Shown: positions 1-9,346 of the stretch, one piece after another
How positions within the stretch are numbered: the stretch's first letter is position 1
Layout of the letters: every line of letters starts with the position of its first letter
From: Candidatus Micrarchaeota archaeon
GTDB lineage: Archaea; Micrarchaeota; Micrarchaeia; Norongarragalinales; SBBD01
Assembly: GCA_016212475.1 (NCBI GenBank)
Contig: JACRGC010000016.1
Coordinates: 9,824-73,823 of the forward strand
Direction of reading: 5' to 3'
Length of the DNA: 64,000 bases
Made by a program: the position numbers and the translations under genes
Notes under the pieces: generated by a model
What the model saw: the letters and a program-made list of their open reading frames with translations, nothing else
Database searches by the model: none
What the model was told of the DNA's origin: nothing

Positions 1-120
1 CATTTCTTCTTAGACTTCTTTTTTGCCATCCGTTTCACCCTTCTTCATCTGTGTTTTTTCATATATCTTCTTTTCGGTCAAAAATAAACAATTTTAAACA
101 TTAATGTTAAAATTTGATAC

Positions 121-756
121 ATGCCAAAATCAGTTGCAAGGAAAACCGCCCAATTCTTGGAGTCATCGCCCTACTTTTTGCGCGCAATAGATGGCGGGTT
201 TGCAAACATTTCCGAAATCGCAAGGAAAATTTCTATCGAGTTCAAAGAAAAGGGCCAGACGGCATCATTGGTTGCAATCCGGGCGGCTGTAAAAAGATTT
301 TCTGAAAACAGATCTGCAAATTTTTCACAAAACGAATCAAAAGTAAAACGGCTCCTTAAGGAAACAAAGCTTGAGCTATCTACTGGCATTTCCGTAATTG
401 TAATAAATCCAATGGCGTACGAAAATTTGAAAATCCGCCCCAAAAACGCAATTTCAATTGTAAAAAGCAGATCCGGAGTGACTGTTGTTTGCAGTGATGA
501 TTACCTTCCATTCATTGAATCAAAACTTCATCGACACGACATTTTAATTAAGAATAAAGATTTGGTTTCACTAAGTTTGATAACCCCTGAAAAAATAGAA
601 GATACTCCTGGAGTCGTAGCCTTCATTGCCGATAAAATGGCTGAAAATGGGATCAACCTGAAGGAATTCCTAAGCAGCTACAAAGATACCCTGCTAATCC
701 TTGAAAAAAAGGATTCGTTGAAGGCATACCAGCTGATGGAGCAGCTGATTTCCTAA
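121..756 (+). CDS. ACT-domain-containing protein (putative ligand-binding regulator)
   Basis: 211-aa ORF. The C-terminal ~70 aa (TPGVVAFIADKMAENGINLKEF...LLILEKKD) resemble an ACT fold. The N-terminal part has an HTH-like stretch (ISEIARKIS). Called from recalled motifs only. Confidence 0.5.
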   Translation: MPKSVARKTAQFLESSPYFLRAIDGGFANISEIARKISIEFKEKGQTASLVAIRAAVKRFSENRSANFSQNESKVKRLLKETKLELSTGISVIVINPMAYENLKIRPKNAISIVKSRSGVTVVCSDDYLPFIESKLHRHDILIKNKDLVSLSLITPEKIEDTPGVVAFIADKMAENGINLKEFLSSYKDTLLILEKKDSLKAYQLMEQLIS

Positions 757-777
757 TTTAATTTCAACACAAATTAG

Positions 778-1115
778 AAGGGGTAGGGGCGACTACGAGT
801 AGGGGAAACCTAGTTTCCCCTAGAGGTGTCATGGTAGTGCAGCCCCTTAGAGCGGTTAAAGTCGAATCAAAACCGCTTCTGCAGTTGACCTCCACTATCT
901 CCTCCACGTTGTATCCTGCGAGCATGCGATTTTACGCTTATAGTTGCTCCTTCCGGCCTGGCTCTTTCGCACAAAATCACATAACGCAAGGCAACGCTTC
1001 GACGGAAACAATAAAGACTGCAAAAACGACCCTGACCCTTCCTTAGCCTTTCACTCGCCTCAAAGGGGTTGGCGATTATAGGGCACCCTTATCTCCCCGG
1101 CTATCTAAAAGGCTG
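778..1115 (-). ncRNA. SRP (7S) RNA candidate; ends approximate
   Basis: No credible ORF, and visibly GC-richer than the flanks. The minus strand at 943-962 reads GCCAGGCCGGAAGGAGCAAC, matching the helix-8 GGAA tetraloop with CAGG/AGCA loop nucleotides (cf. E. coli 4.5S CAGGUCCGGAAGGAAGCAGCC). A hand fold gives a long rod. For example, UGUGAUUUUGUGC (981-969) pairs with GCGUAAAAUCGCA (937-925) using 3 G.U pairs that would be C.A mismatches on the + strand. A T-rich tract follows the 3' end. A TATA-like TTTAAAT lies at about 1138-1146. Confidence 0.55.
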
Positions 1116-1270
1116 CGTACATTTTCTGGAAATACTCTGATTTAAAGGTATCCATCGGTTGGGTTGCGGATTTAACTGCTACTTATTACGTAGCCTCTTT
1201 CTTTCACTATCCATCTATCTTTTTTGTTCCAATGCCCTACTTTTTTAAACCGCTTTAGTGTATTCAATTC

Positions 1271-2713
1271 ATGTACTCCGCCCGCGTAGAAGTCGACTAC
1301 CCCTTCTCACATTACATAGTCGATGAAAAGCCGCTTTCAGCAGATCTAGAATACCTGATGAACGATTTTATAAAGCTACTAACCAAAAAAACCGCCCTCA
1401 AGGACTACGCAAGAATATACAAGCTCGATGAAAAGGAGCGCTATTTCAAGGAATTCCTGACAAATTTTGATGAGGAAAAAATTGGAAAGCCGCTGCCTTC
1501 GGAAGAAAAGCTCAAAATGAAAGAGCAGGTGCAGGTGCTTTACTCCCAAATCCTTGCAGATCCTTTATCGCAAAAAATCCTCTCCCAGCAAACGCTTTCG
1601 CAATTATTTGGAATAGCCGTTCTTGAGCCGCTTTTTGAAGATGATGAGCTTGAAGAAATCATGGTCAATGGCCCCGAGCATATCTACGTTTTCCACAGGA
1701 AGGTTGGGATGTGCCAAACCAATCTCAAATTCAAGAATGAAAAGCACATGCTTGAGCTTTTGGCGCAAGTTCTTCCGGACGATCGCAAAATCGCAGTTGA
1801 TTTGCGCCTTCCTGATGGGAGCAGGGCAAATGTGCTATTCCCTCCGGCAGTTGATAACACCTCGATTACAATTAGGAAATTCAAGCAGCAGCCCTTAACC
1901 GTAATCGATCTGATCAAAAACAACACGCTCTCGCTTGACATGACCGCTTTTCTTTGGGTTGTAATTGAAGGATTCAGAATGCATCCGATGAACATCCTAG
2001 TCATCGGAGAAACAGCCTCCGGAAAAACAACAACCCTCAACGCCCTAAGCAGCTTCATCCCCCCATCCGATAGGATAGTTTCAATGGAAGATACGCGGGA
2101 AATCAACCTCTACGGAATGGACAACTGGGTTGCAACCAAAACAACCGATACAATTGATCTTGAAGGGCTTGTCAAAAATTCCCTAAGGATGCGGCCAGAT
2201 AGGCTAATCATCGGCGAAGTTCGTGGCAATGAGGCTCACCCGCTCTTCACTGCAATGAATATTGGCCACCGTGGCTTAATGGCAACCCTGCACGCACAGG
2301 ACGCTCATGATTCAATCCAGCGCCTTAAAAATTACCCAATGAACGTCCCCCCCAACTTAATTCCCTTGGTTGATTTGGCAGTTGTCCAGCACCGCATTTA
2401 CACAAAAAAAGCAGGGGTTGTCCGAAGAGTTACAGAAATTGCAGAATTTGGCTGGCTTGACAATGTCGTCACGCAAAACGAAATTTTCCAATTCGACCTT
2501 GAAAGCCTAACTGCAGAGCGAACAACCCTTCCCTCCCAAACAATTGAAAAGCTTGGGCGGGCAATAGCCAAAACCTCAACTGAAATAAACAACGAAATCC
2601 AGCAGCGAAAAAAACTACTGAACTACCTGCTGGAAAACAAGGTCAACAAGATGGATGACATCAACTTGTTCATGCGCAAATACTACGGCGAAATCGAAAA
2701 TCAGGGGAAATAA
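1271..2713 (+). CDS. FlaI/PilB/VirB11-family secretion (type IV filament) ATPase
   Basis: Walker A GETASGKTTTLNAL. Family-typical LRMRPDRLIIGEVRGNEA and TLHA motifs. 480 aa. Confidence 0.85.
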   Translation: MYSARVEVDYPFSHYIVDEKPLSADLEYLMNDFIKLLTKKTALKDYARIYKLDEKERYFKEFLTNFDEEKIGKPLPSEEKLKMKEQVQVLYSQILADPLSQKILSQQTLSQLFGIAVLEPLFEDDELEEIMVNGPEHIYVFHRKVGMCQTNLKFKNEKHMLELLAQVLPDDRKIAVDLRLPDGSRANVLFPPAVDNTSITIRKFKQQPLTVIDLIKNNTLSLDMTAFLWVVIEGFRMHPMNILVIGETASGKTTTLNALSSFIPPSDRIVSMEDTREINLYGMDNWVATKTTDTIDLEGLVKNSLRMRPDRLIIGEVRGNEAHPLFTAMNIGHRGLMATLHAQDAHDSIQRLKNYPMNVPPNLIPLVDLAVVQHRIYTKKAGVVRRVTEIAEFGWLDNVVTQNEIFQFDLESLTAERTTLPSQTIEKLGRAIAKTSTEINNEIQQRKKLLNYLLENKVNKMDDINLFMRKYYGEIENQGK

Positions 2714-2858
2714 GTTTTTCCAAATGTTTTCCGAATAATTAATAGCCACTAAAATCCATCCTCCCCTCAAATGCTTCTTCCTAATATGGCAAAGCCAAAT
2801 CACAACTCTTATATCCTGCAATCTGCATAAACATAGCTCCAAGCGGGGCAATCTAATT

Positions 2859-5489
2859 ATGATCACTTTTGCAACCAATGAAAACACAAGGGATGAAGTC
2901 CTAAATCTGCTAACCCCCTCAGTTGCATCCTGGTTTTCCAATTTCAAGGAAGTCACCCTTCCCCAAAGATACGGAGTCAAGCTGATTCACGAAGGCAAAA
3001 ACACATTGATTTCAGCCCCAACCGGCTCTGGAAAAACCCTAACCGCTTTTCTTAGCATCCTAAATGAGCTAGTTGGCCTCTCAGAAAAAGGCGAATTGGA
3101 AGAGCGCATCTATTGCATCTATGTTTCCCCACTTCGCGCCCTTGCAGCCGACATTGAAAAAAACCTCAACGGCCCCCTTTCCCAAATCGAGGAGATTTAC
3201 CAGAAAAAAACCGGCAAAACACATGGCATAAAAGTTGCAATGCGATCCGGTGATACCACCCAAGCAGAACGCGCTAAAATGGTAAAGCATCCTCCCCACA
3301 TTTTAATCACAACCCCCGAATCCCTAGCAATCATACTCTCCTCCCCCATTTTCATTGAAAATTTCAAGCAGATCAAATGGCTAATAACCGATGAAATCCA
3401 CGAGCTTGCATCAGGAAAGCGGGGGACCCATCTTTCGCTTACAATTGAGCGTTTGCAGGGGATCAATCCAACCCCATTTGTCCGAATCGGCCTATCTGCA
3501 ACAATTGCGCCTCTTGAAACAATTGCAGAATTCCTTGTAGGCTATGAAAACAACCTCCCAAGGGATTGCATAATTGTGAATGCGCAGTACGCCAAGGAAA
3601 TGAAGCTCGAATTGATTTCCCCCTCAGAGGATCTGATTTACACAACGCAAGATGAAATGCAAAAACGCACTTATAAAATTCTTGATGAACTGATTCAAAG
3701 CCATCGCACAACCCTCATTTTTACCAACACAAGGAGCGGAACCGAGCGGTTGGTCCACCACCTAAAAACACTTTTCCCAAAAAACTATTTGGATAACATT
3801 GAAGCGCACCATTCCTCCCTTTCAAGGGAAGAGCGAAGGGATGTTGAAAACAAATTGAAAAAAGGAGAGCTTAAAGTTGTTGTCAGCTCTACTTCGCTTG
3901 AATTGGGGATCGATATTGGCTTTGTTGATTTGGTTGTTCAAATCGGCTCCCCAAAAAGCGTTTCAAGGGCGCTCCAGCGCACAGGAAGGTCGGGCCATGA
4001 CATCTACAAAATTTCCGAAAGCAAGATGATTGCAACCGATAGGGACGATCTTGTGGAAGTTGGCGTAATGCTCCAAGAAGCCTACAAGGGGCATGTTGAC
4101 AAAGTCCAAATCCCCCAAAACTGCCTAGATGTCCTAGCCCAGCATGTTGTTGGGATGGCAATACAGCAGCAGTGGAAATTTGATGACGCCCTAAAAGTAA
4201 TCCGCCAAAGCTACTGCTACCGCAATCTAACCGATAAGCAATTCAAAAGCGTCCTAATGTATTTATCCGGCTCATTTTCCTCGCTTGAAAAATTCCGCGT
4301 GTATGGCAAAATCTGGTATGATGATCAAAAGCAAGAGTTTGGCAAAAGAGGAAAAATGCTGCGCGTTCTTTACGCAACAAACATTGGCACGATTCCAGAT
4401 GAAGTTTCCGTTTCAGTTAGGCTCCTTCCCCTAAGCAAGCACATCGGCAACATAGAGGAGGAATTTTTGGAGCGTTTGCGCAAGGGCGATAGGTTCGTGC
4501 TTGGCGGCAACATCTACTCCTACGAATATGCCAAAGGGATGAACGCATACGTTTCAATTGCAAGTGGCCAAAAACCCACTATTCCGCAATGGTTTTCGGA
4601 AATGCTTCCCCTAAGTTTTGATCTTTCGGTTGCAATCAGCAAATACCGCGGCGATCTATCCACATTAATGAAAAACAAGAGCAAGCCCGAAGTTCTCGAT
4701 TTCATAAGGAAAAACTCCCATTGCAATGATTTGGCAGCAACCGCAATCTACAACTATTTTTCCGACCAGATGGCCTTCCTTTTGCTCCTTAGGTGCCATG
4801 TTTTCCATTCCGACAAGCAGTTGGTAATTGAGGAATTCCTCTCGGAAGGGAAGAGACATTTCATTTTTCATTCGCTTTTTGGAAGGCGGGTAAATGATGT
4901 GCTTGCAAAAGTTCTAGCTGCCAGAATTTCCCACAAAATCAACCGAAACGTAGTAATTTCATTTAACGACAATGGCTTTGTCCTAACTATGAGCCGCGCT
5001 GTGAACGTTGAAATCAAAAAAGAGCTATTCATGATCACTAATCTGGATTTGGAGGATCAGGCGCGGGAGGCAATAAAGCAAACCGAAACCCTCAAGCGCA
5101 AATTCAGGAATGTTGCGGTCAGGTCTCTTATGATTTTGAAAAATTACATGGGCAAAAAAAGGTCGGTTGGCAGGCAGCACATGGGCGCGCACGTTATGCT
5201 TGGGATTTCAAGCAGATTGGCGGATTTTCCCGTCATTCAAGAAACCTTCAGGGAAATTTTGGAAGATTACATGGACCTTAAGAATGCAAAGCTAATACAA
5301 AAACAGCTAAAGGATGGGGATCTGACCGTCACGGCGCTTCCTCCCTATGATTTGCCCTCGCCCTTTGCGCAGCTATTGATCACTCAGGGAATTTCGGATG
5401 TTGTTTTGGTGGCTGATAGGAAGGCAATTTTGGAGCAGCTCCACACGCTTGTGCTAAAAAGGATTGGGAAGATTAAGGAAAACGCGTAA
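2859..5489 (+). CDS. lhr: Lhr-type DEAD/DEAH-box ATP-dependent helicase
   Basis: Motifs APTGSGKT, DEIHEL, SAT, SSTSLELGIDIG and QRTGRSGH. A long C-terminal extension is typical of Lhr-core proteins. 876 aa. Confidence 0.85.
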   Translation: MITFATNENTRDEVLNLLTPSVASWFSNFKEVTLPQRYGVKLIHEGKNTLISAPTGSGKTLTAFLSILNELVGLSEKGELEERIYCIYVSPLRALAADIEKNLNGPLSQIEEIYQKKTGKTHGIKVAMRSGDTTQAERAKMVKHPPHILITTPESLAIILSSPIFIENFKQIKWLITDEIHELASGKRGTHLSLTIERLQGINPTPFVRIGLSATIAPLETIAEFLVGYENNLPRDCIIVNAQYAKEMKLELISPSEDLIYTTQDEMQKRTYKILDELIQSHRTTLIFTNTRSGTERLVHHLKTLFPKNYLDNIEAHHSSLSREERRDVENKLKKGELKVVVSSTSLELGIDIGFVDLVVQIGSPKSVSRALQRTGRSGHDIYKISESKMIATDRDDLVEVGVMLQEAYKGHVDKVQIPQNCLDVLAQHVVGMAIQQQWKFDDALKVIRQSYCYRNLTDKQFKSVLMYLSGSFSSLEKFRVYGKIWYDDQKQEFGKRGKMLRVLYATNIGTIPDEVSVSVRLLPLSKHIGNIEEEFLERLRKGDRFVLGGNIYSYEYAKGMNAYVSIASGQKPTIPQWFSEMLPLSFDLSVAISKYRGDLSTLMKNKSKPEVLDFIRKNSHCNDLAATAIYNYFSDQMAFLLLLRCHVFHSDKQLVIEEFLSEGKRHFIFHSLFGRRVNDVLAKVLAARISHKINRNVVISFNDNGFVLTMSRAVNVEIKKELFMITNLDLEDQAREAIKQTETLKRKFRNVAVRSLMILKNYMGKKRSVGRQHMGAHVMLGISSRLADFPVIQETFREILEDYMDLKNAKLIQKQLKDGDLTVTALPPYDLPSPFAQLLITQGISDVVLVADRKAILEQLHTLVLKRIGKIKENA

Positions 5490-5544
5490 AAAAACAAACC
5501 TAGCGACTTAACCACTTAATTAATTTGCATTGATTTGTTATTGC

Positions 5545-6315
5545 ATGATGAAACATTTTAAATCAATATTTAGAAAATCCCCAAAGGATTCCAAAATACG
5601 CGTTCTCAAGGAGGGCGGTGTCTATTTTGAATCCCTAAAATTGCTTGCAATTTCCGATCTCCAGCTGGGTCACGAGGCAGTTTTGCACAACCGCGGGATT
5701 TCCGTTCCAATGGAGCAGTTCCCAATCATCATCGAGCGGTTGGAATCCATGCTTAAAGAAACTTCTGCAACCAGGGTTTTGATCAACGGCGATTTAAAGC
5801 ACGAATTTTCAAAGGCAGCTCAGCAGGAATGGGATGAGGTTTTGAAGCTGCTTGACTTTTTCAAATCAAAAAAAGTAGAATTGATTTTAGTCCGAGGAAA
5901 TCATGATAATTACATTGAAAAGATTTTGAAAAACCACCATCTAAAACTCAACGATTATTATTGCGAGGATGGGTTCTTGTTCGTCCATGGCCACAAATCC
6001 CTCAAGGAATACATTGGCATTCCCGAATTCAAAACTCTTGTAATTGGGCATGTGCATCCGGCTGTTTCCATCAAGGATGATGTTGAAATCCCCCACAAAT
6101 ACCACTGCCTTCTTAAAGGCGAATTCCACGGAAAAGAGCTTTTGGTTTTGCCCTCGATTTCCCCGCTAGCTTCCGGCACCGACATGGTTTCCCAAAACTA
6201 CAGCCATGACACACTTTCCCCAATCCTTAATGAATGCGACCTTCCCGACTTCATTCCGGTTGTAATTGACGAGAAAGGCGGAGTCAAGGAATTCCCGAAA
6301 ATCAGGTACCTGTGA
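5545..6315 (+). CDS. Calcineurin-like metallophosphoesterase (Lhr-associated MPE type)
   Basis: Motifs ISDLQLGHE, NGDLKHEF, VRGNHD and GHVHP. Lies directly downstream of lhr. The ATG at 5545 is preferred over the TTG at 5530. Confidence 0.75.
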   Translation: MMKHFKSIFRKSPKDSKIRVLKEGGVYFESLKLLAISDLQLGHEAVLHNRGISVPMEQFPIIIERLESMLKETSATRVLINGDLKHEFSKAAQQEWDEVLKLLDFFKSKKVELILVRGNHDNYIEKILKNHHLKLNDYYCEDGFLFVHGHKSLKEYIGIPEFKTLVIGHVHPAVSIKDDVEIPHKYHCLLKGEFHGKELLVLPSISPLASGTDMVSQNYSHDTLSPILNECDLPDFIPVVIDEKGGVKEFPKIRYL

Positions 6316-6324
6316 TTTCTATTT

Positions 6325-7050
6325 TCAAGTTGCTTTTCTTTCCTTTAGGATTTTAAACTCGTTTTCAATGAATTCGACAAAATGCTTTGGAATTTCCACT
6401 TGTTCGCCCACTTTTCGAAGGTATCTCAATACAATATCTGGTTTTCTTAGGAACCTTTCGATTTGATTATTATGGAGAAGTCCAGAAACCAGAACCGCTT
6501 CCTTGTTGTTTATTCGTTGTGCATGGAGGAGTTGCGCTGCCATGTATGCGGATCTAAAATTGATAATATATCCTATAGAAGTTTTCGAAAACCCAAGCTT
6601 AGATTTTAAGTCTTTTTGCGCTTCCTTTTTTAGTATTGCTTCAGTTTTCTTGGAAAAAGGGAAAAAAACCGGTTCAGTTCTTCTAAAGTATCTTTTTGTT
6701 GAAAAATATGGTGAGAGAATAATTTGTTTGGCTAAATGCGAATATATTTTTGATATTTTAATTTCCTTAATTGCGGGATTATGTTTATGAATTTCAGATT
6801 CGATTGGCAAGGCTATGTTCCTAAACTCTTTTGGTACCATGTTTTGAGTGGATGGGCCTTCGGTTAATATCGCGCCATTTCTTGCATTTATTTCGCCAAG
6901 GTAATTTTTCAAAAATTTATCCGTGCTACGTGGCATAGGTGCCATCAAATCCCCATGGGTCATTCCAACCAAGTGGATTGGCAGATCATGAATTGGCTTA
7001 ACCACAACAATATTTTTAAGTGCTTTTTTTACTTCAGGATTTTGTGCCAT
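6325..7050 (-). CDS. Hypothetical protein (weak TraB/GumN/Tiki-like hint)
   Basis: 241-aa ORF with an ATG start. IHLVGMTHGD resembles the GTxH motif of TraB/GumN proteins. The function call is weak. Confidence 0.5.
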   Translation of the reverse strand: MAQNPEVKKALKNIVVVKPIHDLPIHLVGMTHGDLMAPMPRSTDKFLKNYLGEINARNGAILTEGPSTQNMVPKEFRNIALPIESEIHKHNPAIKEIKISKIYSHLAKQIILSPYFSTKRYFRRTEPVFFPFSKKTEAILKKEAQKDLKSKLGFSKTSIGYIINFRSAYMAAQLLHAQRINNKEAVLVSGLLHNNQIERFLRKPDIVLRYLRKVGEQVEIPKHFVEFIENEFKILKERKAT

Positions 7051-7073
7051 TTAGATTCCTCAAGGTTCAATAA

Positions 7074-7204
7074 GCCCCCGGCGAGGATTGCACTCGCGAC
7101 CTTCTGCTCGCCTTGCCCCTTTCTTTCCAAAAGAAAGGTGCGATGGCACCGCGCCAAAGAAAAGGACGTACAAGGCAGACGCTCTGCTGCTGAGCTACAG
7201 AGGC
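7074..7204 (-). tRNA. tRNA-Thr(UGU) with a 60-nt intron at the canonical 37/38 position
   Basis: The minus strand reads GCCTCTG TA GCTC AGCAGCA GAGC G TCTGC CTTGTA [60-nt intron] A GCAGA AGGTC GCGAG TGCAATC CTCGC CGGGGGC. All four stems pair; the acceptor stem has two G.U pairs. The exons sum to 71 nt. No CCA is encoded. The intron 3' end (CAAGG) pairs with anticodon-loop CCUUG. Confidence 0.72.
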
Positions 7205-7230
7205 ATAGGCTACTATTTGGCAATCAAAGG

Positions 7231-7237
7231 TTTAAAA
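7231..7237 (-). promoter_or_regulatory. TATA-like box (TTTTAAA) upstream of the tRNA
   Basis: The minus strand reads TTTTAAA 27-33 nt upstream of the tRNA 5' end (7204). This is archaeal TATA spacing. Confidence 0.35.
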
Positions 7238-7334
7238 CGATATTCCAAAAAGCAATTCATATGGCTCCTATCGTTTTTGCCCCGATTTTTTCCCAAGGAT
7301 AACTTAATATTCCAATAAAGCATTTTGTTGCAAT

Positions 7335-7898
7335 ATGACAATGTTTTTGCTCTTTGGATTTGAAATAATCGGGGTTGGCTTGGCAATCCTTTTCCTATTC
7401 GTGATTTTGTCCTACAATTCAATTATTTCAAAAAGGAACCAAATCAGCAACGCATTTGCCGGTATTGATACAATTCTCAAGAAAAGGTTTGACTTGATCC
7501 CAAATCTGGTTGAAACCGTCAAGGGATATGCAAAGCACGAGCAGTCCGTATTTGAAAATGTCACAAAGGCAAGGGCTGCAATGCTCGGCGCTGGAACTAT
7601 TTCAGATAAGGTCAAAGCGGATGATATGCTAAGCGGGGCGCTCAAATCCTTATTTGCAGTTGCTGAAAATTATCCCGAACTCAAGGCGAATGAGAATTTC
7701 CTGCATTTGCAACGAACGCTAGCTGAAATAGAAGAGCAAATCTCAGCTGCGAGAAGGTTCCACAATTCATCCGTGTTGGAATACAATAATGCGATCCAAA
7801 CATTCCCCGGAAACTTGTTTGCAACGCTTTTTGGATTCAAATCCGAGGTATTTTTCCAAATCACAAATTCGGAAAGGGAAGTTCCTAAGACATTCTAA
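7335..7898 (+). CDS. lemA: LemA family protein
   Basis: N-terminal TM helix. Strong LemA signature: YNSIISKRNQISNAFAGIDTILKKRFDLIPNLVETVKGYAKHE ... AENYPELKANENF ... ARRFHNSSVLEYNNAIQTFPGNLFA. Confidence 0.9.
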   Translation: MTMFLLFGFEIIGVGLAILFLFVILSYNSIISKRNQISNAFAGIDTILKKRFDLIPNLVETVKGYAKHEQSVFENVTKARAAMLGAGTISDKVKADDMLSGALKSLFAVAENYPELKANENFLHLQRTLAEIEEQISAARRFHNSSVLEYNNAIQTFPGNLFATLFGFKSEVFFQITNSEREVPKTF

Positions 7899-7908
7899 GG
7901 CAATTTAA

Positions 7909-8844
7909 ATGAACGATGCAAAATTCGAGGAAATAATTTCCAGGATGCAAGGGGATTTAATTCTACTTGAGGATGAGCGAAAAAAGGTCAAAAACAAATT
8001 AATAGTACTAATTTGCGCAATTCTTCTGATTTTCATTTTTATTTTGCTTACGATCAACTTTGATTTGATCCTATTCGCAGGAATTATCGGATTTGGCGCT
8101 TATGCAATTGGCTCGGGCATGATAAAGGGAAAATACGTTTCGGCTTTTAAAAGAAACGTCATAGCCAAAATAATTGCCAGCTATAACCCTTTATTTGAAT
8201 ACCTGCCAACAAGCGGGATTGGCGCAGCAGAATTCAATTCCAGCAAAATATTCCAAACAATACCTAATATTTACAGCTCCGAAGATATGATCAAGGGAAC
8301 TGCCGGCAAAACAAAAATGGTTTTTTCCGAAATCGATGCCAAAAAGGAAACCGGATCTGGCAAGCATAGGAAAGTAACCCCTATATTCCACGGTTTATTT
8401 TTCATAGCGGATTTCAACAAGAATTTCAAAACCCCAACTTTTGTTTTTCCCGACTCCGGAAGCTCATTTTTTGGAAATTTGATTTCAGATTTTTTGCAGG
8501 CAACAAACATTGCAAAATCACAATTGGTCAAATTGGAAGATCCCGAATTTGAAAAATATTTTACCGTCTATTGCGCGGACCAAATTGAAGCAAGATACAT
8601 CCTCTCCCCAAGCCTTATGCAAAGAATTGTCGAATTTCGCAAAAAAGTGGGAAAAGAGGTTTTGATTTCATTCATCAACAGCGACATTAACATTGCAATC
8701 CGCATGAATGAAAATTACTTCGAGCCAACAATCTGGTCTCCCCTTGACAAAAACCAAATCAAGCAATATTTCGACCAATTGGAATTGGTTTTTGGGATTG
8801 TGGAGGATTTGGATCTGAACGAGAGGATTTGGGCTAAGAAATGA
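7909..8844 (+). CDS. LemA-associated membrane protein (DUF3137-like)
   Basis: 311 aa. It has two N-terminal TM helices followed by a soluble domain (HGLFFIADFNKNFK). It starts 11 nt after lemA. The family name is recalled and not verified. Confidence 0.5.
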   Translation: MNDAKFEEIISRMQGDLILLEDERKKVKNKLIVLICAILLIFIFILLTINFDLILFAGIIGFGAYAIGSGMIKGKYVSAFKRNVIAKIIASYNPLFEYLPTSGIGAAEFNSSKIFQTIPNIYSSEDMIKGTAGKTKMVFSEIDAKKETGSGKHRKVTPIFHGLFFIADFNKNFKTPTFVFPDSGSSFFGNLISDFLQATNIAKSQLVKLEDPEFEKYFTVYCADQIEARYILSPSLMQRIVEFRKKVGKEVLISFINSDINIAIRMNENYFEPTIWSPLDKNQIKQYFDQLELVFGIVEDLDLNERIWAKK

Positions 8845-8927
8845 TTCCAAAGGCTGTTTTCAAGTTCCACGCTAGGTATTAAAAACTCCAAATTTCAAGG
8901 TTATTTACAGTTTTTGTGGGTGAAAAA

Positions 8928-9263
8928 ATGGAAAAAAAAGCAATCAGCATGACATTGATCTTACTTGGGGTTTTATTCATAATGCTAGCTGCCAGCCAAG
9001 TGAACCAGATGATCATCAGCAACGCGCAATCCGAGCTTGCAAGGCCAATTGCAGAAGGGCAAATAGCCGCCTCAGAAGAACTGGCAAAAAGCTACGGACA
9101 AACTGACGCCCAAATTGCAGCAACTTCAAAGGAAGCAAGGGCGCTTTTGGACAAATCAATTTCAACCATGGGCAATTCCTACATGTTTACCGCCTTGATG
9201 GATGGCATAATCGGCTTGCTATTGCTGATCGCAGGCTTATTCACATTCCCAAAGCAGCATTAG
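8928..9263 (+). CDS. Small membrane protein, hypothetical
   Basis: ATG preceded by GGTGA. Hydrophobic helices at both the N- and C-termini. Confidence 0.5.
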   Translation: MEKKAISMTLILLGVLFIMLAASQVNQMIISNAQSELARPIAEGQIAASEELAKSYGQTDAQIAATSKEARALLDKSISTMGNSYMFTALMDGIIGLLLLIAGLFTFPKQH

Positions 9264-9346
9264 TGTTTTTGCAATCTGGCATTAGGGCTTTTTCAAAGCA
9301 AAATTAGGGCTATTTTTTTACCATTTTTTTATAATTTGTGATAATT

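Noticed and set aside
1-29. A possible minus-strand gene start (MAKKKSKKK...) running off the left edge of the window.
   Set aside because: Only 9 codons are visible, so neither a gene nor a product can be supported.
831-1046. 71-aa plus-strand ORF.
   Set aside because: It lies inside the structured, GC-rich SRP-RNA-like region. It has no start context and no recognisable protein features.
778-1060. A canonical bulge-helix-bulge in the putative closing helix of the SRP-like RNA (AAGGGUCAGGGUCG with CGCCCCUACCCCUU), which would support a permuted or circularised gene.
   Set aside because: By hand I obtain only a 4-bp helix flanked by symmetric internal loops, not opposed 3-nt bulges. The TATA-like box at about 1140 also suggests the transcript starts further upstream.
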